Shown: positions 38,142-53,835, counted from the whole stretch's first letter. The stretch: 63,878 bases of DNA, filler included, from Cercozoa sp. M6MM (GCA_040357565.1; 9 parts of 9 records of this genome joined end to end with filler, not necessarily neighbours in it), one strand, 5' to 3'. Translations and numbers: made by a program. Notes: a model not told the origin generated them from the sequence alone.

Positions 38142-38488
38142 ATGCGCTTAAAAAGGTTGGACAGGGACAGCGCCGGTCCGTTTTGGACGAGATCAGATGC
38201 ACGTGGACCCTCAGACAGCCTAGACAACGGGAGGGTGCCAGCCTGTGCGTATTGTCTGTGGGGTGTATTAGAGTGATTAGGACGGCGAGACGAAGTCGGC
38301 CGTGTGAAATAAAGAAGCGCGAGATGAGTGATTTGCAACGCATGCGAACACGGTAATTTTACACTCACGCGGTCCGACTGACGACCAAGTTGTGCTGCTG
38401 TTGTGCCCTGCAGTGCGTTCGCTGAGGTGAAACGTTCGGTGGACGAGTTCATTGTCGAGGCTGGACGGGGATCATTGTTTCTCAAGGT

Positions 38489-38555
<67 letters not shown>

Positions 38556-38896
38556 TGCATACACAATTGCGTAGTTCAACTACACCCGACGAGGCAAAGC
38601 AGTGGCTCGCGAGGTCAGGGTAGCGTTTCTCCCTTGCATGTGGGATCAAAGATAACATGATCAACTGACTGTATGATCAAACTGGGCTGTAGGTGGACTA
38701 CGAAGGCGTCTCCTACCGCGCACCTGGCAAAGGCAAGTGGAAGCACATGTCGCTGCCTTCCGTGCACTCCGTTTGTGCTGNNNNNNNNNNNNNNNNNNNN
38801 NNNNNNNNNNNNNNNNNNNNNNNNNNNNNNNNNNNNNNNNNNNNNNNNNNNNNNNNNNNNNNNNNNNNNNNNNNNNNNNNTATTCTATGTACTATA

Positions 38897-38943
<47 letters not shown>

Positions 38944-39136
38944 GTTGACACTCGCAGCAAGCGAACCACGGCGTTCAAGGTACAAATCCATCTCCATGTC
39001 TACCTATGTATGTATGTATGTATTCTATGTATGTATGTATTGAATGTATGTATGTATGTATATTGTATGTATGTATGTATGTATGTATGTATGTATGTAT
39101 GTATGTATGTACATATGTATGTATGTATGTATGTTG

Positions 39137-39168
<32 letters not shown>

Positions 39169-39400
39169 GATGTATCTATGTATGTATGTATGTATAATGT
39201 ATGAATGAATGTATCTGTGTATATATGCATGTATGTATGCATGTGTGTGTATGTGTGTATGTGTGTATGTATGTATGTATGTATGTATGTATGTATGTAT
39301 GTATGTTGTATGTATGTCTGTATGTATGTGTGTGTGTATAGGTGAATGCCAAGGCAGCCAAGGTGTCGCGACAGCTGTGTTTTTCGGTGGTTGCTCGGTG
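38142..39400 (+). CDS. Hypothetical protein, possibly PH-domain containing (partial)
   Basis: Short exons (EAGRGSLFLK / FNYTRRGKAVARE / VDYEGVSYRAPGKGKW / QLCFSVVA) between (TA)n and (TATG)n introns. Confidence 0.4.
39002..39340. repeat. (TATG)n intronic microsatellite; (TA)n at 38491-38556 and 38900-38936
   Basis: Direct reading. Confidence 0.95.
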
Positions 39401-39548
39401 CGCTCTCGCTTACCCCCCTATTTACCCCCCTCTTTACCCCTCTCTTTANNNNNNNNNNNNNNNNNNNNNNNNNNNNNNNNNNNNNNNNNNNNTTAATTAA
39501 TTAANNNNNNNNNNNNNNNNNNNNNNNNNNNNNNNNNNNNNNNNNNNN

Positions 39549-39592
<44 letters not shown>

Positions 39593-39625
39593 TCCCACAT
39601 GTCTGAGGAAGATTCAGAGGGTAAA

Positions 39626-39710
<85 letters not shown>

Positions 39711-39719
39711 CAAACAATG

Positions 39720-41090
39720 GACTACCAGACGGACCCGGCACAAGTTTCCGCAGCGTCGGAAAAATATCGGTTTCGTCCGACACGAGCGGCAGCAACTGCG
39801 CCGCGGCGTCACGGTCGAAAACCGTCACTTCAACGTTTCTCGCACCCGCAAATACCAGAGTTTCTCCTGCCTGTGACCCATAAATCAATCACTTACCCAA
39901 ACAAGTCTGGTCGACCAATACCTGAAGAATGTCTTTGCTTTCCAACAGCGCATTGATCGCGCTTTTGTCAGCGACTGCGCATATCGCAAGAATAAGATAG
40001 AAGAGCGACAGAAAGAGTATGAAAGAACAGTACACAGCAATCCTGGCACTCCTACACGTTGCAACGAGTCAGCCCAGCGCACAATGCCTCGCAGAAACAC
40101 AGGCACCTCCCTGGGTACCTGCTTTCACCAGAAGAATGCATATCAATGCCCAGTCTGTTGCAGATATTGATCCCCATCCGCGCGGAAATATACACTACCT
40201 TGACCTTGAGAGTGTCCAACATCAGCGTCGACAGCACAATGCCGCGTTGGCCGAACGGAACACTATCCTCCGACGGTCTCAGTCTCTGTATGTATCAAAC
40301 TTGACAAAAGTACGTGTGTTGGGTGATTGGTTTCAACAGTGAAATAAAAAACACGAAAAAAAGAGTACACGCGAAATATCGTCGGACGGAATCTCGACTT
40401 TGAGTTTCTCGAGTGTCCGCGACTTGCCGGTCCATTTCTCGTCGATGCAGACTGATTGCGCCGTGCTCACGTCGTCCAACACTCGTGCGAATTCACTCTG
40501 CAATCATGAACGAATCGTCAGCAGGTGTTTGTTTAAGCAATAAAAGCAGAACAGATCAATTAAGCGTCAAAACAAATCAACTTAAACCTAAAAAATAAGA
40601 ACAACGGACCTCATAAGCAGCTGGAGCACACTGCTGCAGGAACTCTTGCGCCGACGAAACGTACCGCACGGTGGCTTTCGAATCAGTCGCATGTCTTGGC
40701 CTAAGTGGCGTACTCACTGGCTTGTCTGAAATTCAAGTGAATACCCAGAGTATCGAGAACAGAAGATGTAGATGCAGAAAAACCAAAGTTACTGGTGCGA
40801 TCGACACGACGAGTGCTGCTTGGTCTGCTCACTCTGTCCTGCGAACGCACAGGCTCCGACACAGGCTCAGGCACCGTGTTCGCGTTGCTCGTCGCAAAAT
40901 CATCCTTCGAAAAATTGCCTCATGCTTTACGATATCAGGAGTCTTCAGTTGTGCTTTTTGATACCGAAGACTCGAGAGGAACAGAAACGCTGAACAACAA
41001 ATACAAACTGAGAACGGCGAGGCCTAGCAGCAGCAGCCAAAGCGATCGCGGTCGAGCTCGCTCATGCTCGCGTCGCCGAGGCGAAAGCAT
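39720..41090 (-). CDS. Hypothetical type II membrane protein (glycosyltransferase-like topology), 3' truncated
   Basis: MLSPRRREHERARPRSLWLLLLGLAVLSLYLLFSV: short basic N-tail plus TM, then multiple exons. No catalytic motif recognised. Confidence 0.4.
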
Positions 41091-41495
41091 GAAGTTTCGC
41101 AGTTGTCCTGTTGCTGTCAAAGCGGAAATAAGCAAAAAAAAAAAAAACAAAACAAAACAAAACAAACAAACAAAAACAGACTCGTCATAAATTTATCCTG
41201 CGTATCAATTCTCAACTTACAGCAGCAGACTGTGGGGCAGAGTGTACGCAAAACTTGCAGCGTTTCAGCGTTAGAGAGTGTTCTATCTTCATTTATTCGC
41301 GATCACCATCTTCTGTGGTCCTTGCAGAAAATCAATCAGGACCTGATTAAAAAAATATGCACTTGTTGGTTAGTTAGTTAGTTTTCTATTAAACTGTCAT
41401 TCGTCTCGTCGTCAGGCGTACAAATACGTCTTTCAGGGTGCTAAGTGAGCTTTTATCATGGGCCCTCGCAGACCCACACACAGATTTACTGTAGT

Positions 41496-42400
41496 CTAGT
41501 CGCGAAGCTGGTTGCCAACAGCGTCACACTTGGCGTCGAGCAGGTCGTGTTCGAGCTGTTCCACTCGCGCCTGCTGCTGCCACATGCGCGCGTACTCGCC
41601 GTCGAGCGACAGGAGCTCCTATTCAAGGCCATTTTCATTCAGGTGGAGAAAAGTACAGTGGCCACATTTAAATTTGTCAAAGGCGAGCTGTACGTCGTGC
41701 GAGCCACGTTCCACTATGAGGCCGTCTTTGAGAACCAGGATCCTGTCGCAGTTCTGTTGACACGAGTCAAGTCAACACGTGTGTCTGATCCACAACTCAG
41801 TAAAGGAGTGCAGAGTACCTGAATCGTCGTCAGTCGGTGCGCAATCGTGAGCGAGGTTCGACCTTGCGCAGCGAAGTCCAGTTCCTCTTGAATCTGCCTC
41901 TCGGTTTCGTTGCTACCAATTAAACAGCACACAGAATTAGTTGTTCCAAAAGGCCAATCGGAAATTTTACTCGAGTGACGACGTGGCCTCGTCAAACACC
42001 AAAATTCGTGGTTTCTTCAACAAAGCACGCGCGATCGCAACACGTTCTGCAAAGAATAATTTCAGTTCGAAAACAAAAAACTGAATAACCCAAACTGAAC
42101 ACAAACGCACGTTTCTCGCCGCCACTCAATCGCAGGCCTCTCTCGCCGACCTTGGTTTCGAGTCCCTGCGGCATGCGCTCGATGGCGTCCTGCAGACGAG
42201 CCATGTGCACAGCTTGCTGCACCTCGTCCTCCGAGGCCTCGCTACCAAGTCCGACCGTACCGTAGGCGATCTACGCAAATTCAAAAAGCTCAGTTTATCC
42301 AAAAAATTTAAGGGTCCTCGTACGTTGTAGCCAATCGTATCATTAAAGACTGCAAAATAACACAAATACACAGACACAGACACAGACACAGACACACACG

Positions 42401-42447
<47 letters not shown>

Positions 42448-42547
42448 NNNNNNNNNNNNNNNNNNNNNNNNNNNNNNNNNNNNNNNNNNNNNNNNNNNNN
42501 NNNNNNNNNNNNNNNNNNNNNNNNNNNNNNNNNNNNNNNNNNNNNNN

Positions 42548-42584
<37 letters not shown>

Positions 42585-44520
42585 GGATACAGTGTGGCAA
42601 AATGCAACGACAGGAAAGGTACGAACACAATCTTGTGGCACAATGCCAATGTGTCGTCTCAGCGAGTGCTGAGTCACTGTGCGGACATCCTGACCGCCTG
42701 CAAACAACTTTTGTTCATGGATCATTGTAGCCACTCATGGCAAATTGTGACTTTTCACGTACCAACACGCACAGTGCCGTCAGTGACGTCGTAGAAACGA
42801 TAGAGTAGTCGCAGGATAGTGCTCTTGCCTGCACCGGTAGAACCGACCACAGCTACGTGCTCACCAGGCGAAACCGAGAAACTGACTCCCTTCCTATGCA
42901 CACAATCCAAATATTCCAGTCAGTGCACATGTCTCTGCAGTACTATTACAGCACAAAATACAGAATGGCAGGCTCCGGATCCTCCTCGTCATGCTCGTTC
43001 TGTCCCAACCGACGGTAGGAGAAACGCACGTTCTCGAATTCGATCGTGCTGTTGCTTTCATCCTGTTCCGAGCACAGTCTGGGTGTTAAGGCCCCTCGAA
43101 CACATTAGTTATACCATAACAAGTGTCGAAGCATCCTCGGCATCGCCAATGTCGGGCTCAGCTTCCAGCAGTTGCTGAAGACATTGCAAAAATGTCGCTC
43201 CACCATTCAACTCAAAAAAAAAAAACGAAAAAGCACCTGCATGGACTCGACATCAACGAGAGCTTGTTTCAGCATGCGCCAATAGGTGCCCAGGAAGTTC
43301 AGCGGTAGCGTCAGTTGCAACAGGAAGCCCTGGATCATGACGAAATCACCAACAGTGATGTCGTCTTCGTTCGTGACTCGGTAGGCCGCCTGCAGCATGA
43401 GAAAAGGGGCTTAAGGTGGGGGGGGGGGTTAAGGGGGGGGGGGGGGGGAAGAGGAGGTAAAGACGCAGCGGTACGAGCAAAAGTGCGCCCAACATGGCCA
43501 CGCGAATCACGAAGTTTTGTCCGAAATTAAGGATGCCAAGTGACTGCAACGAACGCGCGTTGGCGTCCTGGTAGCGACGCAGCGCACTGTCGTACCTGTT
43601 CGCACAAGCAATCAAAACAACAATATAACACAAACAGCAGCAACAAAAGAAAACAACAACAACAACAAAAAACATCAAGAAAACAAGCAAACAGTAAGTA
43701 AACAAAAAAAAAAACAACAAACGAACAAGAAAAAAGGAAGAAACAAGAAAGCAACAACAAAAAACAAGAAAAAAACAAGAACAAGAAAACAACAAAATGA
43801 ACCGTTCAGTCTCGTGTTCCTCGGCGTTGAAGTACTTGACCGTCTCAAAGTTCAGCAATGCGTCCACGCCCTTCTGGTTGTACTCGTTGTCAGCCTGATT
43901 CATGCGCCGACGGAACTTGTTTCTGGGTGAGAGACAAGGGTAATGAAAAAGGGGAAGGTGGGGGAGGGGGGTAAGTACCGCCACTCAGTACACACGAGAG
44001 TGAAAGCGACGTAGCCAACAATGAGAGCAACCGCAATGGCAGCAAAGGCCCACTCGAACTGAGTGGACAGGTAGACTGCCACTACGACGGTCTGGATCAT
44101 CACTGGCAGCAACTGGAACAACAGCACGCGCAGCACCGTCGCGAACGACGACGCGCCACGTGACACCGATCGCAGTACTGCACCTCTACGGGGGGGGGGG
44201 GTAAGGGGTAAGGGGGTAAGGGGTAAGGGTAGTAAGGGGTAAAGGAAGCTACGTAGGACGGTTCAGGTGCCACTGAAGCGACATGCTCTGCATGCGCACA
44301 AATGTGTCCCTCGCGACGGTACGTTCCATCCACGCCGCGTGTTGCGCGAACACAATGTCCTGGGGGGGTAGGTTAAAGGGGAAGTCTGGGGGTAAAGGGA
44401 GTAAAGGCAGAGGGAGGAGGTGAACGTACTCTCGCTTGCTGACAGAAGGAGTCCAGCAGATTGAAGCCGGCCCAATAAATCAACGCTTTGACTGGCCAGT
44501 CCTTGTTCTGACTCTACGTG
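41496..44520 (-). CDS. ABC transporter B family half-transporter, ABCB6/ABCB7 (HMT1/ATM1) type, 5' truncated
   Basis: [72 protein letters not shown]. Confidence 0.93.
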
Positions 44521-44528
44521 CGTGTGTG

Positions 44529-44563
<35 letters not shown>

Positions 44564-44663
44564 NNNNNNNNNNNNNNNNNNNNNNNNNNNNNNNNNNNNN
44601 NNNNNNNTTAATTAATTAANNNNNNNNNNNNNNNNNNNNNNNNNNNNNNNNNNNNNNNNNNNN

Positions 44664-45460
<797 letters not shown>

Positions 45461-45676
45461 CTGTCAATGTTTTGGGATGTGATCACGCAGGAAAAAAATC
45501 TCGTGAACTCGCAGAGTTTGGCCCACTCCACTACACCCAAGTACCTTTGAGAGAGCCCGTGAGTACGCTCGGACAAAGCCAAACATGCGTTTTCTGGAGT
45601 CAATGAGCGCCGTCGACAAAAATAAAAGCTGCTCCGTCAAACCAACACCACTATTACTCACAGTGAGCGTGTGGCG

Positions 45677-47720
45677 ATGTACGAAAACTATTCAGCGGCA
45701 CCCATCTGGCACGGCGGTAACTCCTCGTGGAATTTGAGTCCGATCCATTGAGCTTGCAGCAGCGAGTGATCCTTTTTGTTGGTTTTGCAGGTGCTGGTGG
45801 CGCCAGCACCGAGCTTGGCGCCATGATCGTGCCCGAGGCAACTTCTCAAGAGTCGTACGACTCACTGGAGGCACAAAAGGACGCTGCACTGGCCGATCTC
45901 ATCCAACGCGGCGTGTTGACGCAGTACTTTTCACATATTGATACTTTCCGCTGTTTCTTCCGCCATTTTGGATCATTGCCAATTATGATCTAAACAGGGA
46001 GGTGCGCGATGCCTTCGTGGCGCAGCAAGTTTATTTGCTGTCGCAGCAGATTGCTGGCTCGTCGGGAGAGTCGCGGGTTGCGCTGGTTCGAGAGCGGCAG
46101 CTTTGGCAGTTGCTTCGCTTGCTTTGGCACAAGCACGATGTGCTCGAAATTGCGGAAGAAAGTGAAGAATGCTGCGTTGACTCGAAATTGCTGAAACTTC
46201 GCTCGCTGAATGCTCAGGTGTGCTTTCTCGCTTATTTCACTGGTGTGCTTGTTTGCTTTCTGCACAATAGCTTTGCTTTGCAGTTGCGACACACGCTGGC
46301 GGTGGTGCAGTGGCTCGAGGCGGCGCAGCGAGACGAAGGCGGCGACGCGGCGGCGTTGGAGACGGCGCAGCGACGCACGCAGGCGCAGCTGCGTGGCCTG
46401 TCGCTGGACGCAGATGCGAGTGCGCGCATGCAGGACCACACACGGCTGCATCCGCACGATCTCGCCGACGAAACCTCGCTGCTGCGACTGGTGCCTTGCT
46501 TCCTATGTTCCCTTCCTACCCCTGCCATCTTCCTTTCGCCGTCTTATCTCCTTATCCTTTCTTGCTTTACCCTTGACCCTTATCCCTACCCCCAGAAGCG
46601 AGTGGTTTGTGTGTGCGGCAGATCTGGCAGCAGTTGCGGCGAGGCAGCGTGCGCGGAGCGATGCGCGTGGCACGCTCTTCGATGCCGTGGCGAGCAGCGC
46701 TGCTGCGCGGCAGCGAACTGGCCACCTTAGAACACAGGTGTCTCACCCTATGTTCCCATGTACTCTATACATACACATGTATATATATTCACATATATAT
46801 ATATATATATCAATGTTATATCTAATATAGCACGCCGGTGGGCGAGTCGTCCGGTGTCAGTGTCAAGGCTTGGCTAACGATGCGCGAGACGACGCGTCGC
46901 ACGGCAGCGGCGCTGTCACTGAGAGCCAGTCGACTTTCTGACGGTACCTTGCCTCCTCTACCCACCCTACCTTCACCCCTGGCCTGCCTCTCAATGTACC
47001 CTCGCTTTGACCCCTCTCCCAGACGACGAGAGCACGTTCCAGCAGCGGCGTCTGCTGCTGGCGGATGCGGCGCTGTACGGCGTGCTGGGCGGCGACCTGA
47101 GTACCGTGCTGCGCAACCTCAGTGAGCCTGTTGACTCGATGGAAGGTGCCTGTGTTTATCGTGTATCTATGTGCCTATTTATCTATATATATATATATAT
47201 ATATCTAAGTATCTTTGTCTATCTGTATCACTATCTACAGATATTGCTCTATGTATGTATATAGCTACCTCTACGTACATGTTAGTTTGGGTATGTTTAT
47301 GTGCAGACGAGGTCAAGATCGAGTGGAGAGACGCCGCTTGGGCACTGCAGAGACACCTGCTCCTGCGCCAGCTCGAAAGCTACCTTGGCAGCACATGTAC
47401 TTTCCTTCCCCGCACGCTTCCGGCGTGTATACCCCCCTACTTAGACCAAGACAAAGTACGCAGTAACGACGATGCGATCGCGCAGTTAAGAGTGCTGGTA
47501 GCGACTCTAACCCCCTCTAACCCAATCCCCCGTCGCTCCCTATTAGTTAATGAATAGTGTCCGCAAGAGAATTCAAACACGCCCGTGGCCGTCCTGGACG
47601 CCGGTAGTTTTGTACTTTGAACTGGTGAAAAAAGCAAGACGCGCGTGTGTGTAGTGGCGCGCTGCTTGGTCGAGCAGGACGAAAAAGGCGCCGTTGCGCT
47701 GCTGTCTCGTGCGTTTGGCT
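45677..47720 (+). CDS. NUP107: Nucleoporin Nup107/Nup84-like, 5' part
   Basis: ERQLWQLLRLL, VVQWLE, SLDADASAR..LHPHDLADETSLLR, WQQLRRG, PWRAALLRG, ALYGVLGGDL, WRDAAWA. Confidence 0.75.
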
Positions 47721-47836
47721 GTCTTACCCCCCCCCCNNNNNNNNNNNNNNNNNNNNNNNNNNNNNNNNNNNNNNNNNNNNTTAATTAATTAANNNNNNNN
47801 NNNNNNNNNNNNNNNNNNNNNNNNNNNNNNNNNNNN

Positions 47837-47884
<48 letters not shown>

Positions 47885-47889
47885 GTGTG

Positions 47890-49900
47890 TGTGTGACAGA
47901 TCGGATGTCACGACGCTCACCGTGGCATACTTCGCCAGCAGTGGCGCGCTGTCTTCTGCTGTCGTCTTCGGGCTGTGCCATGCTTTAATCTCCAAAATGC
48001 ATTTTTTCCAAAAGATGGGTACTATTTGTAGGTGCGCGGACGTTGTCTTGTCCCAGAGATACGAAAGGTAACATGTCATCATTTAAAATATGTATTTTTT
48101 CTAATTAATCATTCTCTCATCGGCAGTTATACATCGGCATCATGGCTGGCCATTGCAGCCATAGGATGCGCGGTGATGGGCTTCGTCGTCGGCCCGCTCG
48201 TGCAACTGCATTTGCGGGTGTCTGACGTCGCCGTTGTGGTGCGATACCCCCTCTACACCTCATCAGTGTTAAAATACGGATGGCGACCGAGTACAGGATG
48301 CCGCTTACGACAGACAGTCCTTGTTGAAAGCTCGTTTACGAATGTAAACAAACACTGTTCTTTGAAGTATTCTTCATACTTGAGAGGTCAAGTTTGCGTG
48401 TCTCAGTGGCTTCAAACGCGCATTTCCTGTGGTCTCAATTGTGGCGGTTCTAGTTGTTGTGCTGTGTATCCTGAGTGGCTTTCAAGGTACCCTCAGTTCT
48501 ATTGTAGAAGAGGATGCCGCATGTTGTTTTACCACCCGCGATTTCTCAGCTGTCATCACCGGACGTGCGGTTCTGGCCCTTAGCTTGCTGCTTGGAACAG
48601 TACCTGTTTACATACATACATACTTTCTTCCATCTAGTCAATCTCCGTATGCACGGGATGGTGTAGGTCCGACTCATTCTGTGCACAAGCGTTGCGCTAC
48701 CTATGCTCTGTCGTCGCGTTTTTGCACATCGCTATGGAATCTCGCTGCCTGCGCTCCTGTGTAAGTTTATCCCTTTAATCTCCACTCTTACCGTGCGTAA
48801 TTTACTGGAAGCTGTGTGCATAGTTAGATCTCGACGAGAAACCACGGACGCGCAGTTTCGTAATCTGCGCGCAAGACTGCGCCGCACTCTCGCGCATCTC
48901 TCCTGTATATGAATTTAAATTTAGGGCTATATACTCTGTACGCTTTGTGTTGTAAATTTAGTTTGGCACGAACACGCACGTGCAGCCGACACGGCGCTGG
49001 TTGAGATTACTGCGATCTGTACCGTCATACTTATGGCTTTTTCGCCAATGCTTAGTGTTTATGTGCACAGTAAAAACTGCGTCGGCACATGTGCCGAAGG
49101 AGGAGAGGGCGTTGCGCGCTGCCGTTGCTGCAGTCGAACGGTGTCACTGACTTGCTATATCATATTGAGTGACCGAATTTATACTGAGTGATGGTTTAGT
49201 GTGGTGCCGTTGGCAGTGCATGCGCGTGCTTCTGCCCACGGTAGGCTTGAGCTGTTTTTCGGTTTTACTCGTGAAAGAATGAACACTGGCACTACACGTT
49301 GCAGGCCAGTCGAACAGGTACGAGTGCTTCAACAGCAGCCGACACCTCGTCGAACATGCTCCTATCGTCACGGACGACGGCGAGGCGCTGATGGATGCCA
49401 AGTCTGCTCAACGACGCTTGGCTTTGAAGCAAATTGCTGAACGCGGCAACGTTGGTATATTTTATTTTGCTCGGACGTGCGTGTGGATGCAGTGTGCTGC
49501 TCAGACATTGACATGCTGCGCGAGTTACTGAGAGAAGTGCGACACTGCGTTCGTCGTGTCGATGGTAGATTGCGACTACTACCGTCGTGTGCGCGTGTGC
49601 GTGTGTGTCTGTGTGCGTGTGTGTCTGTGTGCGTGTGTGTCTGTGTGCGTGTGTGTGCGCGCGCGTGTGTGTGTGTGTGTAACGTGATTGCCGTCGCACA
49701 GGTGCGAGCATGCGGAGTGAGCTCGCGTTCGAGGAGGCGCAAGCACTGCAACAGCGCATTGATTCGCTTGCGGAAGTGTGAGTTCGCTTGCGGGCTATGG
49801 CTTAGTTTTTGAGAATGTGTAAATTTATGTGTAAATTTACAGGGGGAAGGGGAATCTGTTCGTCAAAGTGTCTGCAGTGTGGCTTCTTTTTGCTATCGTG
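47890..49900 (+). CDS. Hypothetical multi-pass membrane protein with cytosolic helical tail (5' truncated; may be two genes)
   Basis: Hydrophobic exons 47900-48760; later exons e.g. RHLVEHAPIVTDDGEALMDAKSAQRRLALKQIAERG. Confidence 0.4.
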
Positions 49901-50020
49901 CTCGGTGCGTGCTTGTTGCTCGCCTTTGCCGAAGCCACCGTACTTTGAGTCTCTTGTGGGTCGTACTTTGTACCTTTGTTTTGGCAGTTGTGGGCACCGA
50001 GCAAGTCACCGCTCGGTCAG

Positions 50021-51630
50021 ATGTTCAATACATCGCGGGGTGTAAAGAGTTGGTGGCGCTCGTTCCTCCTGGTGGCGCTCGTTCTGCTCTCGGCGACACT
50101 GCCTGTGTTTGGACAACTTCAGGTATATATACCTTCTTTGAAGAAATTGTCTTTTAGAAACGCCACCTGTGTGTACGTGGTAGCTCATTCCTACGATGCG
50201 CCGAGTACCGTGGACCTACTTGCGTTCACAACTTGACAGCCGTACGGCCATAGTGGTAGACTTTTCTGTCTCTATAGTGTATAACATGTTTTACTTTGTA
50301 CTTGAGGGTAAATTCAGCTCGTGCAAAGTATGCTCCAAATGGCGCTGCCTTTGTGCGTTAACGTCGCTGTACCAAAGAATTCGACGCTTTCGTGTTCTCT
50401 ATTTGTACCTGTGTGAGCTCAGTTGGTCTTGCGTCTGCCTGTGGGAGGTTTGCGACGAGTCTTCGGTTTAAGCGACGACGACATTATCCGACGGCCCGGT
50501 ACAGACAGCATATGCACCCGCAATACCCGTGTAACACACACACACACACACATGCACACACACACAGTAGGCGGTGGAACGGACGAGGATATACCCTTCA
50601 GTCTCGCAGTCTTTGCCTACGGTGTGTCGTTTCTACCAGTGTAAGTTTGCACGTGCTCACTTCGCGCCATCGACTCGATCATTTGTTGCAATCGACTCGA
50701 CTGTTTGATTCAGGGTGATGCCGCTCTTGATGCTGCTAACTTGGTATCGCCGCATGTCGGCGCTGCTAAAGCGAACACATTTGTGTGATTTCCGCAACTG
50801 GCCGCTGGACTATGACGACGCTGGTTCTGTGCCTGAGTCCTCCTTGCTGTACCTGCTCCAATATTTAAAAAAACTCAGACACGTTGTCTTTGTTCTACGT
50901 AGGGCACTTCGAGGTGCTGACTTTATCGCACAGCGAACCAATGGTACCATGTTGTTAGATGACGCAACTTATAGTATTGTTGCTGTGTATACGCGCAGAA
51001 GTGGCCAAGCGTGCACAGCAGCAAGAGCAGGACCAGACACCATTGGATGAGCTGCGCTATTCCGACATGGACAGAGACGCAGATGACCACTGGGACTGTG
51101 TGGTATATCCTCATGTGAACCGGCATTGTTGTATTAATTATATGTCGTGTCGGTGCGTAGATCTCGGACATGTTGACCAGTGCCAATGAGGTGTAATTTG
51201 ACCTTATGCTGTATTGTAGTTCAGTGTTCTCACTGATGTTTGAATAGTGTTCTGGAGGAGGACCGAGACAAAGTAAACGACGAAGACAAAGACAACAACG
51301 AGGCAGAGGCACTGAATCGCAGCGACATTTACCTGAGCGAAAGCACCACTGTCTCGACCAGCACCGAGGTGAGTGGAACTGTCTACGTCTCTGATCTTGA
51401 CAGTCGCCAACCCGAACAAATTGAGGTCCGTATCGATGCTTCTGCTGGTACCGAAACTGCTGGTACCGTAACTGTTACATACTCAGAGCCTCGTGGCGTG
51501 TTTGTATGAGTGTGGTTGCGCGTAAAGAGCGCAACGAAGGCAAGAAAAAAGACTCGTCGGACTTAGTCACCTCGTCTGTGCTGTTCCAGCGCGAGGGCTC
51601 CGGTGGTCATGTCTTCCTTAAGCACGGTAC
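50021..51630 (+). CDS. Hypothetical membrane protein with acidic C-terminal region (3' truncated)
   Basis: Hydrophobic N-terminus FLLVALVLLSA, several TM-like exons, acidic exon 51246-51509. Confidence 0.4.
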
Positions 51631-51638
51631 GCTGTCGT

Positions 51639-51669
<31 letters not shown>

Positions 51670-51769
51670 NNNNNNNNNNNNNNNNNNNNNNNNNNNNNNN
51701 NNNNNNNNNNNNNTTAATTAATTAANNNNNNNNNNNNNNNNNNNNNNNNNNNNNNNNNNNNNNNNNNNN

Positions 51770-51853
<84 letters not shown>

Positions 51854-51869
51854 TGTACGGTGGAAAACA

Positions 51870-53345
51870 AGGCACCTCCTCAACGAGCAAGCGGTAGCGC
51901 GGAATTCGTTGAATCGGCGTGATTAAAAGCGACTCGAGTGACGCGCCTTTGCACTCTGGCATTGCTGACCTTTCATCGCTACAGACGATCAAGAGAAGCA
52001 TCAGATTTTTGAAGCACATGAGCTGAAAGACAAAAGCGTACAGCCACTCGCGTAGCGCGCGGTATTTTCGTTGAGAGCGAATGTTGCGTGCCTAAACTAT
52101 AGTGTATCACCGACCTACCAAGCAAACCGAAAGGTTTGGTACCAGCTGTGCGGCGTGATTGTGGTTGCTTGCGTAGCGTGAGTACATGCGAAAGTATGGA
52201 GCGAACTCAAGAAAGAGGTCACTGACCACCTGAGGTGCCACAACAAGCATATGCAGTCAACAGAAAAAATGATGCACTGTCGTACCTGCTGATCAGTGCC
52301 CTGGTGGTTGGGCAGAGTTGCAGCTTGCTCCCACTGCTGTAGGCGTTGTTCCATATCGCCTGTGGACACGGGATGTGTGTATGGAAATAAAAAGCAACAA
52401 GAAAAGCTACGATACCCAGCAATTGCGTGTTCAGCTGCTGCAGAGACTCAATGTCGCTAAACAACGTTGTGTGTTCCTCCATCGACAACATCGGCGACTG
52501 CTTGTTTTCTGGCAGTGCCGAGAGCTGCATGAATACACAGAGAATCATAGCGCTGAGGAAACAAACACACAGTGCCAAACCTGAATTTGCTGTCGCAGCG
52601 GTTGAATGAACAGTTCGGCACACATTCGGAGACCACTAACCTGTCGAATATACATGGGTTGGGTACTAATAAATATGATTTACTTGCACATGCGAGTAAA
52701 TCGTACAAAAGTGCGTTCTGTGGCGACGAGTTCGCGTGCCACAAGCAGTCGTCTCTGTGAGGTTTTCTCCATTTTGGCATCGTCCTGACGAGAAACACAT
52801 AGGCATCCCCATATAGGCATCCCACAGCACTCTACGTGGAGGACAACCAATACCCAATCTTCGGTTAGTTCGTCTTCGCTCAATTCTTCGTCGTCTTTCT
52901 TCCTGGAGCCTGCTTCTGAGGGACTTGTGGGTGCCAGTGGTGTCGCCTGTGGCGGCAACTGTTGCTCCTGCTGTACGACAGTGCTGCTGTCGCCGCTGCT
53001 ACTGCTACTGGATTGAGAGGAGTCAACTTGGCTCTGTTGGACGGAAGGACTCCAGTCGGGCGGTGCTCTCACTTGCGACGGACCCTGCCAACGTACATCT
53101 GTGAAACTGCATGCAAGATAGGCAGCTACGAAGAACCGACAAGCTGGTAACTCTCGCCGTAGTCGACGTACAGAACCTAGTGTTTATGGACAGAGACAAT
53201 TTGTTTTGCTACTAAGCCACTGAGATCATACCTGCAGCAGACCGTTTGGGAGGACATCTTCGATTCGGGCTCGGTAGAAACTGCAAACACGACAAGGGTC
53301 TTATGTATTATGATGCAACGATCAGCTGAGGAAAAGGTACTGCCC
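51870..53345 (-). CDS. Dbl-homology RhoGEF (3' truncated)
   Basis: RRLLVARELVATERTFV, LFSDIESLQQLNTQLL, SLESLLITPIQRIPRYRLLVEE. Start uncertain. Confidence 0.85.
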
Positions 53346-53835
53346 ATCACTCCAAATGGCCTCACAGACGGTGCCAACGCTTGGCTGCCACTCCGTCTGC
53401 ATTCACATACCCATATACACTGGTCAAACGGCGACCACCTGGATGGGGCAGATGCAATGCAAAAGCAGATCCAAAAAACAATGATATTACCATGCTCCAG
53501 CGTCGTGAGCACGCGTACGAAACTCTCGCAGTCACGGTGAACCGATCAGCACGTCTCGAAAGATGCGATTCGCTTGTGCACGATTTCGTTAAGGCAGCGA
53601 AAAATCGTAATTGCCCGTCCGAAACGTACCACTCTGACTCACGAGCCATGAGCGGACGAGAAAAATTCGAGGAACTCTCGACGTTTTGAGATACTCACGG
53701 TGCATACACACGCTATCTGATTGTTTCGAGAGCTTCTATTGGCCTTTGTGACCGCGTTTGTGCATTTTTGTGAGTCGTTTTCCCAAGTTTTCTTCGTTTG
53801 TGGATCACAACTTTTTGCAGATTAAACAAACAAAA

